64,000 bases of DNA from Amoebophrya sp. A120 (Eukaryota; Protista; Dinoflagellata), in assembly GCA_905178155.1 (NCBI GenBank), contig CAJINV010000012.1, positions 1,306,492-1,370,491 on the forward strand, given 5' to 3'. Below are positions 47,701 to 57,530 of this stretch, in pieces. The number at the start of each line of letters is the position of its first letter. Within the stretch, counting starts at the first letter, position 1. Under the pieces are notes generated by a model. The model saw nothing but the letters and a program-made list of their open reading frames with translations, made no database searches and had not been told where the DNA came from. Position numbers and translations under genes: made by a program.

Positions 47701-50700
47701 GTCTGGGTCTGGAAGATTCCGGAATTTGTCATGCTAGTCTGGCATGACTCTGAACTCTGTATTGCACGGCCGCGAAGAGCTCCTACTCCCTGTCATGCAA
47801 AAACGCTGTTTCTCATGCGAAATACGCAACTCAGAACCATGAGAAAAACTTGTCATGCCTGGCAGCGCATTACAGTGAGCTCACTACTGCCTTCCTTCTT
47901 GAATCACAAGTTTCTAGACCCAGAATGACATATTTGCATTTGATACCGGGAGTCTCAACTTGTAGTCACTATTCCTCGGCATCAGCAAGCCCTCGCGCTG
48001 GTCCTTCTGGCCGTTTTTCGTTGATGCTTGTTTCGAGGCGGCTTTACCCTGCTTGTTCGCCGCTCCAGCCTCCTCCTGCAGGTGCACGTGGTTATCCAAC
48101 AGAAACGGAAAGGTCGCACTTTTGTAATGCAAAAATGAATACACGAACAAAATCTGTATTGCACATCCGAAACAGTACGCTATGGGGTCACCTATAACAT
48201 ATGTGTCGTGCTTAGTTTTGCATTACAAACGTGATCGGTTAGCGTTTTTCTGTGGGATAGTGCCACTTGAGGCAGAAAACGAAGTCCACCGCGTTGGTCT
48301 TTTGCCGCATCGTTTTATCCCACAGAAACGCACACCCAGAGCACCATCTTTTTTATATCTTCTACGAAAGTATAGCGGCTTCTGTCTGTGTTATTTCCGC
48401 ATTACAGTTGTCTCCACGCATGTTGAATGTGCACAGGTTTTCGTCCATCTTATCAGCATGATCACAAAGCTTAACTTTTTTACTGTGCGAGAAATAAGTA
48501 CTTTGTGCCCGAAAAACATCAGCAACTCAAAGCTCTTGCGTTTTTTTTCTAGGTATTCATAGGTGTGCTTTATTTTTTTCTTTGCATACATCTCCAGCTT
48601 CACCTCCTCCTTGGTAAAGCTCCACTTCATTGGCTCCCGCAGCTCGGGGGAGAGAAACTGTTATCATATGCAAAAACGCACCCACCCCATAGTCAAGTTG
48701 GGAACGTAGCAACACAAGTCCAGAAGTTTTGGGAGCCACGCATGACAAGTTGCAGTCCGTAGTGTAGTGCATGTTAGCAAGGACAGCCGCATCCCAAATC
48801 CATGTGCTTATCCTGTTTGCAGCATTACAAATGCCGTTAACACGGTTGGAAATGCCTCCCTTGGGGACGCGCATTGCAGATGTTGCTGCAATTGCAAATC
48901 TGCATGACAGCGCTGGGGTGTTTATGTACTGGAAAAGACCAAATTTAAAGCACAGAGAAATTTCGAATTTTCAGAAAGGAATCGAGAGGAGAACGAACTA
49001 CGACAAGAAGAGAAACGCATATGCTATGTGGCCACTGTAATTTATTTATTTAGTGACAGCGCTGGGGTGGGGACGTTTTTAAACAGGATAACTGTTCCTC
49101 ATTGCTCATTTGAATCTGCTGCTGCAGCACCGCCTGTTGCTGGAGCAGGGCTTGGATCTTATACCAGTGCACAACTACTCCCCCTCGTTCTCATTTCTCA
49201 TGCAAAATACCAAATCCACGCTTTCCCTCCTGTCACTATTATGCATGACAAATTCTGGTAGCCCAAATAGCACTACACTCCAGCGATAAAAATCTGTCAT
49301 GCAAAACCGGCACTCTTGCTGATGCTTGTATTGCCTGATTCACGCTATACACATAAGGGAGAGCAGCAGGGGGAGTTGTGCAGTGTGATAGATCTGCGCG
49401 GGGTTGTACAGAGTCGGGTTCGATTGCGCTTGCGTCAACAGCATGGAATTCTGCTGGAGCTGCAAAATCTGCTGTTGCTGAAACTTCGCGGCGGACAGGT
49501 GCCAGTACGCCTTCATGGTGATTCGCTTGGACTGGAATTTGGGGTGCAGGTGCCGCGCGATCAGGCCGAGCGCCCGCTGCCGGTAGTCCTTCAGGTCCAG
49601 CAACAGCTCCCGGTACTCCTTGATGTCCAACAGGGGCTGAGATTTGTCGTACCAGACCCCCCGGGCGAGGGCCAGCGGAAGCTTGGAAGACACGATGCCC
49701 TCGCAGATCAGCTTGTACAGGCTGTTGGGCAGCATCTCGCCAATCACCGCCGAAAAATCGTAGGGAATCTGGTATTTTTTTCAAATTAATACTTATGAAA
49801 AAATATAGCAATTTATTCGTGATTTTTTGTCATCCTCAACTTAAAATTCACCTTCACGCGAGTCGTGGGTCGTGTAAGTAATAAAAGAGAAAGGCGCAGC
49901 TCCTGGGTAAATAATGTGTAGTTGCTGGTCGTTGTGTAGTATCAACTGCAAAAGTGTCTGGGTCTGGAAGATTGCAACTTGTCATGCTGTTTTTGGACTC
50001 TAAAACAATTTGCATTGCATGACCAGCAAGAGGAGCGCAAGAATTTGTGCTACACGGACAGGGCATTTCTCATGCGGAAGGTGCATCAGGAAGGGTTCTA
50101 AAAATCTGTAATGCTAGGGCATACATCACAGACAATCATGGGTCTAGAGAAATATGCATGACAAATCTCGCATTCTTCCAGACCCTGAAATTTTTGCATT
50201 TGATATGTAGTGGTACCTTTATCAGCTCCAGGGATTCGTAGTCGTCTTTTTCACTCACGTCCCCATTCCGATTGCCGTTGACCGCCTGTTATCCAGTGCA
50301 AAAGCATCGCACTCGTAGTACTAATTGCAATTATGCATTACAAATCTTCATCCCAAGGTGAAACAGCATGACAAATTCCATTTGTCATGCTGAGGGAATT
50401 TCTAATGCAATTACTACTTGTACGATGCTTTTGCAATTCATATCTGTCGCAAGGTGCTTTTGTTGACGCACTGCGACAAGGCCATCACCGAGTTGGTTTG
50501 TACGTTCCACACCGGCCCGTGCTTTATCAAAACCTTGCAGGTGCAGTACCCCTCGATGTGGTCGTTTTTCATCTCCTCCGTTGTATCGCAAAGAAACAGC
50601 AGGCTGCAGCTGCATAATATATATGCTACGTTCTTTATTCTCATGCAAAAATGATCACTGCACAGATAAATCTCCTGTCCTAGGAGCTTTTACGCATCCA

Positions 50701-52672
50701 ATATTTGCATGTATTACAAGCAGAACTCTGCCAACTCTACTTTTCTGTACGATACGTCGGAAACGTTTCCAGCCAGTTCACCAGCGGGGCGTGCTTTATG
50801 ATCACCACTGCGGCCTCGAAGTTAAAACGCGAGTTGCCGCCGATGTTCTGCATGGCGTTGCTCTGCTGCTGTATGTACTGGTCCTGGTTCAAAAAGGGGT
50901 AGGTGAGGCAGTACTCCGTTCCCGCCAGCATGCACGCATCCACGAACTGCGGCAGGGTGATTTGCCACTTGTTCAATATTACATCGAGCCCGAGCCAGTC
51001 GAAGGTTTGCTTGCCGAAATCAATGTGGATGACGCACTTCTCGATTCCGTACAGAATCTGTATGACAGTGCAGCACAAGAACCCCCGCCCTTGCGCTCCC
51101 TCATTCGTCATGCAAAAAGCCAAATTTTGAACTCTGACCCTTTTGACGATGAGGATGATGGCCGTGTTTCCATTACAAGTTCCTTCTAGATGAGCAGCCC
51201 AAACTGCACTACTGTTCGGGCCGTGCTGTGGGTTTGTCATGCAGTAGAAGCATGCATCCTTTCTGTCACTCCTGCTGCTCGTCCAGAAGATGTTGCCCAA
51301 ATAATACGAAGGAGGGAAGTACAAAAGTTCTTGTGCACTCTGATAAGCAGCCCGGGCGGCCCGTATCCCACGAAAAAAAGCTGGCAGGTCATATTTGTAA
51401 TGCAAAAATAAATAAATACACAAAAAAATCTGTATTGCATATCCGAAACAGCATGCTAGGGGGCCGCCCATGGCAAGTTCTTCTGTGTATTTATTTTTGC
51501 ATTACAGATACGCCCTGCCAGCTTTTTTCTGCGTGATAGCCCGAACACGCTGTTAATCAGCCCCTGTTCGGCGAAGTGGGCGAGCTGCGCACCCGCAAAG
51601 TAGGGCGCTTGGAAGCAGTCGTAATTTTTTGCCTTGAGGTATGACAGTGCACTACCCCCCCTTCCCCTCATTTGTCATGCAAAATACCCAATCCACCCTT
51701 GGCCCCTTGGCATTGTTTGCATGACAAGTTCTGGTAGCCTAAATAGCACCACAATCCAGTGTAAATCTGTGATGCAAAACCGGCACTCTCTCTGATGCTT
51801 GTATTGCCACTCATGCTATACAAATGAGGGGGAGGGGGAGTTGTGCACTGTCATATCAGGTGGTGGTAGAGAAAGTAGACAAAGTCCGAATTTATTCGAC
51901 TGGTGGACACCGCAAAGCACTTCTGCGCCTCGGAACGCTGGCCCTTCGCGAGGCAATTCCACGCGCGATCCATTTGCGAGTCCAGCCTGATAAAGAGGTT
52001 CTTGACAGTGTAGTAAATTCAAGGTTCTATAGCAAGGAAAAAGTTCTTTGTCACGCTTGGATAGGACAGCGTCAACTACATATGCCCATGCGTAGTAAAC
52101 GGACTGGTTTCCAATAAAAGCAAAGTACTAAAGTACATCCGTTCTTATTATACCTGTGTATGTACATCTGCTGTTGTGCCGGCGGGGTCATTCCTTGAAA
52201 CACAAACAGCGGCTTTATCCCTTTCCTCTCGAAGTTCTGCAGCTTGGATATGCAAAGTACAAAAGTGGGGCTCTAAATTTCGTGCCAGTTTTGGCGAAGT
52301 TGCATCACAAGCTACGTGACCTTGATTTTTTGACATGCGCGGAATGCTAGGCTTGTCCTCTTGCGAATAAGATCATGCACCGCACAACTAGTAAACTTGT
52401 GTGTAAAAAAGATGCACCCGTAGTAGAATATTTTTCATCCCGAAGGACCGACCCCCTTGTTCTTTTGCAGCTGTGATACCCTTGTCCACAAATCCGAATA
52501 TTCCGGGTGGCACGCCCCCAATCGCGTCGGCAAAGGGGTCCTTGAGCGCCTGAATTGACCGCAGCCAAAACACTGCGTCAATGCCCATGCGGAAGCCGGA
52601 CAGCTTCCCCAGCTGTTCTTGCTTGATCATGTGCTGATCCGAAAGGTGGGACTGCAGGTGCCGCACTCGCAT
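44725..52672 (-). CDS. MKT1: MKT1 homolog (XPG/PIN-like post-transcriptional regulator)
   Basis: N-terminus LSGFRMGIDAVFWLRSIQALKDPFADAIGGVPPG; APYFAGAQLAHF..FGPPGLLLYG; FVDACMLAGTEYC; IPYDFSAVIGEMLPNSLY; C-terminal MWNSDVNFDLAGFHTLIKILKRSLRQLSE..PRACLGII..DLEKGMQFW. Contains 19 elements plus GT-AG introns. Confidence 0.8.
44747..45009. mobile_element. Introner, family A
   Basis: TSD TCCGT. Confidence 0.88.
45074..45400. mobile_element. Introner, family B
   Basis: TSD TCCGC/CTCGC. Confidence 0.85.
45700..45854. mobile_element. Introner, family C (diverged)
   Basis: TSD GGGAG/GGAAG; join reads FPLPRACLG. Confidence 0.8.
45898..46049. mobile_element. Introner, family E
   Basis: TSD GTGGT. 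Confidence 0.88.
46249..46613. mobile_element. Decayed introner (TIR TATCACGTTGAAAGAAC..TACCC)
   Basis: TSD lost (sense GATGT/GCCAA); in-frame join LVPMKLRNDMW. Confidence 0.7.
46676..46851. mobile_element. Heavily decayed introner
   Basis: Weak TIR (TA.GC.T..AAGAAGC); TSD lost; in-frame join YPPKHPDYK. Confidence 0.5.
46908..47169. mobile_element. Introner, family A
   Basis: TSD GCTCC. Confidence 0.9.
47445..47585. mobile_element. Introner, family E
   Basis: TSD AACAC. Confidence 0.88.
47685..47945. mobile_element. Introner, family A
   Basis: TSD CCAGG/CCGGG. Confidence 0.88.
48093..48259. mobile_element. Introner, family C (diverged)
   Basis: TSD GTGGT/GTGCC; join reads FCLKWHVHL. Confidence 0.8.
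48316..48588. mobile_element. Introner, family C2 (diverged)
   Basis: TSD CGTTT/CATCT; join reads KLEMMRQK. Confidence 0.7.
48662..49090. mobile_element. Introner, family G, with a nested insertion
   Basis: TSD ACTGT; join reads NEEQFLSPE. Confidence 0.88.
48921..49053 (+). mobile_element. Short retroposed insertion (TPRT-like) inside an introner
   Basis: 133 bp flanked by a perfect 16-bp direct repeat TGACAGCGCTGGGGTG (48905-48920 and 49054-49069), ending in an (ATTT)n tail. Confidence 0.7.
49160..49390. mobile_element. Introner, family D
   Basis: TSD GATCT. Confidence 0.9.
49940..50205. mobile_element. Introner, family A, apparently inside a GT-AG intron
   Basis: TSD TGTAG. Confidence 0.88.
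50290..50442. mobile_element. Introner, family E
   Basis: TSD CCTGT/TCTGT. Confidence 0.85.
50584..50754. mobile_element. Introner, family C-like (decayed)
   Basis: TSD CGTTG/CGTCG; join reads TFPTEEMKND. Confidence 0.75.
51061..51345. mobile_element. Introner, family D-like (diverged)
   Basis: TSD ATCTG/AGCAG; join reads PPGLLLYG. Confidence 0.75.
51364..51538. mobile_element. Introner, family C
   Basis: TSD GCCCG. Confidence 0.9.
51640..51855. mobile_element. Introner, family D
   Basis: TSD TGAGG/TCAGG. Confidence 0.9.
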
Positions 52673-55600
52673 CTTGCCTTCGCTTTGTCGTGGATTTCTA
52701 CTTTATTTTCCTGTTCGACGATCCCAGCACGAAGGCCGCAGGTAGCGGCAGAGTCGTTCTTGCGCACCACGACCACGCGAGAAAGTTGTGAGAAGCGTCT
52801 GCCGCCCCCGGTCGAGAGAAAATCTGCGTCAAAAGCTTCGTGCTCGCTACGGGAGATTAGTTTGAGAAGCGTGCGGCGCGATCTTATTCCCCGAACCGCT
52901 GTTGCCACGTACAGGGAATAAACCTGAGACGGTTCTTAGACAAGTACAATCTCGGGAACAAAAAGATTCTTGTTTATTCGTCGGTCCTGACAGTAGTAGA
53001 GCCCGAATCTTTATCTTCCCATACTGGACGCTTGGCACCGCAAGTCTCGACGCCGCACTTTCGACCTTCGCTGTTCGGAGAAAAGTCTTTCCACCCGAAG
53101 CTGCCTCGAAGTTTTCGCCTGCTCTCCCCGACGACAATCTCCAACCGCGATCGTTGTTCTGCCCGGAGACGTCGTTGACGTTCTACTTCCCGCTTGTTTT
53201 AGTACTCTACTTGCATCTTCTTTTTATCCGGACTAGTACTTCTATGTTCTGTTCTCACCAGCGGCGCGACCTCCCGGAGTAAATATTCGATACGGAAGAG
53301 CGTTGTCCCGCCGGCGCGGGAGATGTGCTCGAAGTGTGTTGTTGAATTGTGGTACTCGCCCGTCTTGATTATTCTTGCAAGAAGATTTTGAATTTGAAGG
53401 GACTCAGCGCCTTCTCGTGGGCCCCCTTCGACGACGTCCAAAATAAATTCGTACGCGGCGACATGTATCGTCAGCAAAAATAAAACAGCGCGGTCGTACA
53501 AATTGTATATTCGGCAGATCGTGGTCAAAGCTACTTCTCAGGTAGATGGTAGCTAAATTTGCATTAAACCAGCACGCTTCGTTTTTCCGTTACAAGTGAA
53601 GTCTTTGTACGAGCGCAATAGTACTGGTTTTGCGGTGCATAAAGCGAGCTACTCGCGAATTCGGCGCTGCCGGCAAAATGGAGGCGTATCGCTGCTGCTT
53701 GATGCTGTTCGTGTAGTGATGAAGCAGTCTTCTATAATTTCGAGACAAAGCTGCACTTCCGCAAAGTTCCTGGCACTAGCACGCGCAAGTCTCTTTTCAA
53801 CCGCGCCGCGAGGGCGGACCTCCGGCCCCTTGGCTCGCGGTCGTCGCGGTACCCTCCCTAGTTGTGCCTCCCGTCGATAAAAAATAGGCGCTTCGAAGAA
53901 AGGTTGGGCGACTGCTTCTACCGGGCGCGGAAAACGAAAGCCATGCTTTTCTTCTGCATTTTTCCACGTCTACTTCCCGGGTAGCAACGGAAACAGCACT
54001 TGGCCCCTCACATACTTTCTTGTTTTTCCGGCTAAGTACTTGGCTTAAAAAACTCTGTATCACGTCGTGGGCTTGATTTCTATTACTTTTCTATAGCCCC
54101 ACGACACAAGTGCGGGCCTAAAATAGACCGCCTACTGAGATCGATTCCCCGGTCTAGGGTTTTGTAGCAGTTCGACTTTTTGTGGACATAGCTATGGATA
54201 TCAAAAACTACTTGGAAATGGTACAATAGGTGAAATGGCGAAGAAAAAACCAATGGGGCAAAATAGTTTCTAACTTCTTTTTGTCTTTCCGGCAGCTCAA
54301 AATGGTCAAAAGCGGCAAGCAGTGCAGAGGAAAAAAAGTCGTCTTCTACATTTGTTGCACCCCGGATGAGCAGGGCTCGGTTCTTGTGTTGGTAAATTTA
54401 CCACGCTGCAAACATTTAGTATGTTTTATTGGAATGAGAGATTCGGAACATTGATCGCGCGACGAACACCGATGCGATGAAAATGCCGCGCAACTCACAT
54501 CCTGTGAGATGTCGTAGAATCGAATGCGTCGTAGCGTGGAGCGAGTGCTATACTCTCATTTTTGTTTTCTGAAGGGATACGGGCTCGGTCGTTCCAACCA
54601 AGAGCAGCGCGGTGCCAGAGTAAACATAATTTCGTAGGGATCCAGAAGCACCTCTGTCAATGCGTAGCTCGCGGTAGCTCGCGGTAGCTTGCGGCGCCAA
54701 GAAGAATGATCGGGCGAGCGCGCCGTTCGGTGTAGCTCACCAACACCAGCCGAAGCGCCCAATCGAGCCACTCCCGCGGCACCTTTCGAAAAATCCCGAA
54801 AAGCCGCATCCGCCTGCGCGAGCACGACTACAGACACCGCCGCCGGGCGATTTGCCTGTGGCTGCGCGCCCTCTTTCTATCCGCCGGCGCCGATCTGATC
54901 GGCCCTTGCAGTATAGCGCGAAAAATCCCAGGCGCCGCACGCGGTCGGGCTGCAATGGATAGGCCGCGGGGCCCGGCTAAAAGTAGCGCGGACCGAAGGC
55001 ACGGGCGCCCGCTGATTTTATGCCTCCCCTTCCGCGCAGGCGGCCAAGGCCGCCCCTGCGAAAGTGCGGAGGAGCGAGAGGGCGCCCCCTTGGTTTGTGT
55101 GCCTCTATGCTGACCACGCAAGCCGATCCCGCCTGGGATAGGATAGGAAGGGTCCCAGCTTAGTGGAGAGGGGGGGGGGGGGATGCGACTGCCCCACCTT
55201 GATCGACGGAGGCCAATGGTCACCCCATAAGATAAGATGGCCCACCCCTGGAGGGCTGGCTGAGTGGTTTTCTTGATTTTAGAAAAATTCTACACAATGC
55301 AAAAGCGTCAGAATTCTTTGACTTAGCAGCTGGAAAGAGCATGAAGGAAACGCACCCAAGTCATCTTTTCTAAGTACGATAGGCTAGAAGTTCAAAGGTA
55401 TTCACCAGATAAGTGAGTTTTCAAAATTTTTGTTTTTTACAATTTTTGGAAAATTACAAAGATACCGCCATAGTGGATTCCTTTGGCTCTTACAGATCAA
55501 GAGGGGGAGCCCAAATACAGATTAAGCATTGCACTGCGGAAAGTCGAATCATATTTCTCGAATAAGTTATCACACAGACATTTTTTAAAAAATTTTCCGC

Positions 55601-57530
55601 TTTGACAAATTTGTAAAAAAATATCCTAATTGCAACCAATCTTCATTATAAAGCATAGCACTTGCTTCGTGATTTTGATAAGCAGGATATTTGCGCAGTG
55701 TTTTACTGTGTAAAGTGGCATAATTTCCACAATTTAACATTTTTTAAAAATTTTAAAATTTTTGAAATTCAGAGAAAATCAGCGCGATAGCTTGTTTTTG
55801 GCTTGTACAAGCCACAAAATAAAAACTGGGCGCCAATTATTTAATAATTACGGGAGTAAAGCTGTATACTAAAACTCTTTTTCAGGCAAGAAATTTTTTA
55901 GATTTTTTTGGTATTTTTCGAGGTCGTCTTGTAGGTGCTAAAAATTACGGCCGTGACTTGATTTCCCTAGGCGAAAAAAGTAGAAAGACACAAGAACATA
56001 GATTTTCCATGTTTTACAAAGAGATCTGACCACGTTGTAACGAGTTACAACGAAGATCACAATTTTTTAAAAAAATAACTTGAAAGGAAAAATGGCAAAC
56101 ACTGGCCCACATTTGGAAATGAGGTTAATACATGTGGCCGCATTTTGTGTTTTGAGCTTTATGCTTGGTCTTCTGAAGGCGATGGATGCAGTGTGTGTAA
56201 TGTGTCGTCGTTTTTGCACAAAATATAAAGAGAAAACACTTCTTTCATCCGCGCATTCACTATTGGCCCAGTGCGAGGCCCCTTGCGTGTCCGATCGCCC
56301 TTGCTAGGTCATCAGATACCCCTTGGACCAGCAGGGCCCTGCGCATTACCTACGAAAACACCATGCCAAAATCCCGAAAATGCGCTGGGATCGCGGGCCT
56401 GAAGGACCCGGGTCCGGGCCCGCGTCGCCAAGGCCTCCGCCTTGTCGATCTTGTTCGGGAGGGGCGCAGCGTTTCCCTTGCGCGACGTGGTGCCCAATGG
56501 CTTCCCTGCTCGGCGTTCGGCTTGCCCCCTGCCCCGCCTCCACACAGGGAGGAGAAACTAGCCGGGCGGCGCGCGCGCGCGCCGGGGGGCCCCGCGCGAG
56601 ATGATGCCACTTTCCCGCATGGCGCAGGCCCGACTCCGGCCCGGGTTGCCCGGATGCGCCTTGCATCGGCGGGCGCCCCGCGTTGCTCTTCCTCGCGGAG
56701 TGGATCTGCGGGGGCCGCCGCGGGGTCGGCCCGCTGGAAGGGGCCGCGATAAAGACTCGCCGCAGCGGAAAACCCCGCGGGCTTTCCAAAATTAAAGAGA
56801 GGCCGGCCTGTGCTGATCTAAACGGCCTCGATTGATCACCCCCCGGGCGTGTTTTACGAGAAAGCCGACGCCCCGCGCGGGTAGACCCGCGCTCATTAAG
56901 CCCCGTGCGCACCCGCGAGCACATGGGCTTCATCTGCGAAGAAGATCTGTCGAAGTCTCCTGTAGCCGGCAGGTTTGCTATTTCCACAAAAACACGAGAT
57001 CCTGCAGCTGAAAGTGTGCCTAACTAGTGGCTGAGCGACGTTCTTCTATTTTCGAGCGGCTTCATTTCGCTTTCTGACCGCCACTCTCTGCCCTCTTCAT
57101 CAACACATTTTATCGAGCTTTTACATCAACACAGCGACGCACCTAGCTTTGATCACCAGTAGGTTTTTTTTTCAAGGTCGCCACCGCTTTTCGCTTTCAG
57201 GCGAGCAGGAAAATATGAAAAAAAATGATTGTATCCACGAGGATCTGACCGGTAGCTAAGTCTGAAGACCTGTAATAAATAAACTGTAGTAGCAAAAAAT
57301 GCCTCACACTTGTAAAGACCCGCGACGGCAAAATTTAAAAGATTCTCCGTGGCCACACTTGAAATAATTAACTACCCCCCGTCCTCCGAGCAATTGTTTC
57401 GCCTTTTGTAGTTCGTCCGCCCTCCTAAACAACAACAACTCATAATCCACCCCACGTAGCGTTGATTTCTACTTCGTTTATTCCATCAGCAAAATAACTC
57501 CCCCTCGCTTTCTGAATCATAGCAAAAAAG
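52673..57530. promoter_or_regulatory. Divergent strand-switch region between the minus-strand gene run and TOP3B
   Basis: No recognisable CDS or introners; GC-rich blocks (~54690-55260, ~56270-56930) flank an A/T-tract-rich core (~55260-56240); poly-G at ~55170-55182. Regulatory function is inferred only. Confidence 0.4.

Noticed and set aside
54556-56987. GC-rich ORFs (e.g. 56346-56987, 54828-55223) or an rRNA/snRNA/spliced-leader gene
   Set aside because: The ORFs look like stop-poor by-products of high GC with no motifs. I found no rRNA, U-snRNA or dinoflagellate SL (CCGTAGCCATTTTGGCTCAAG) match by eye.
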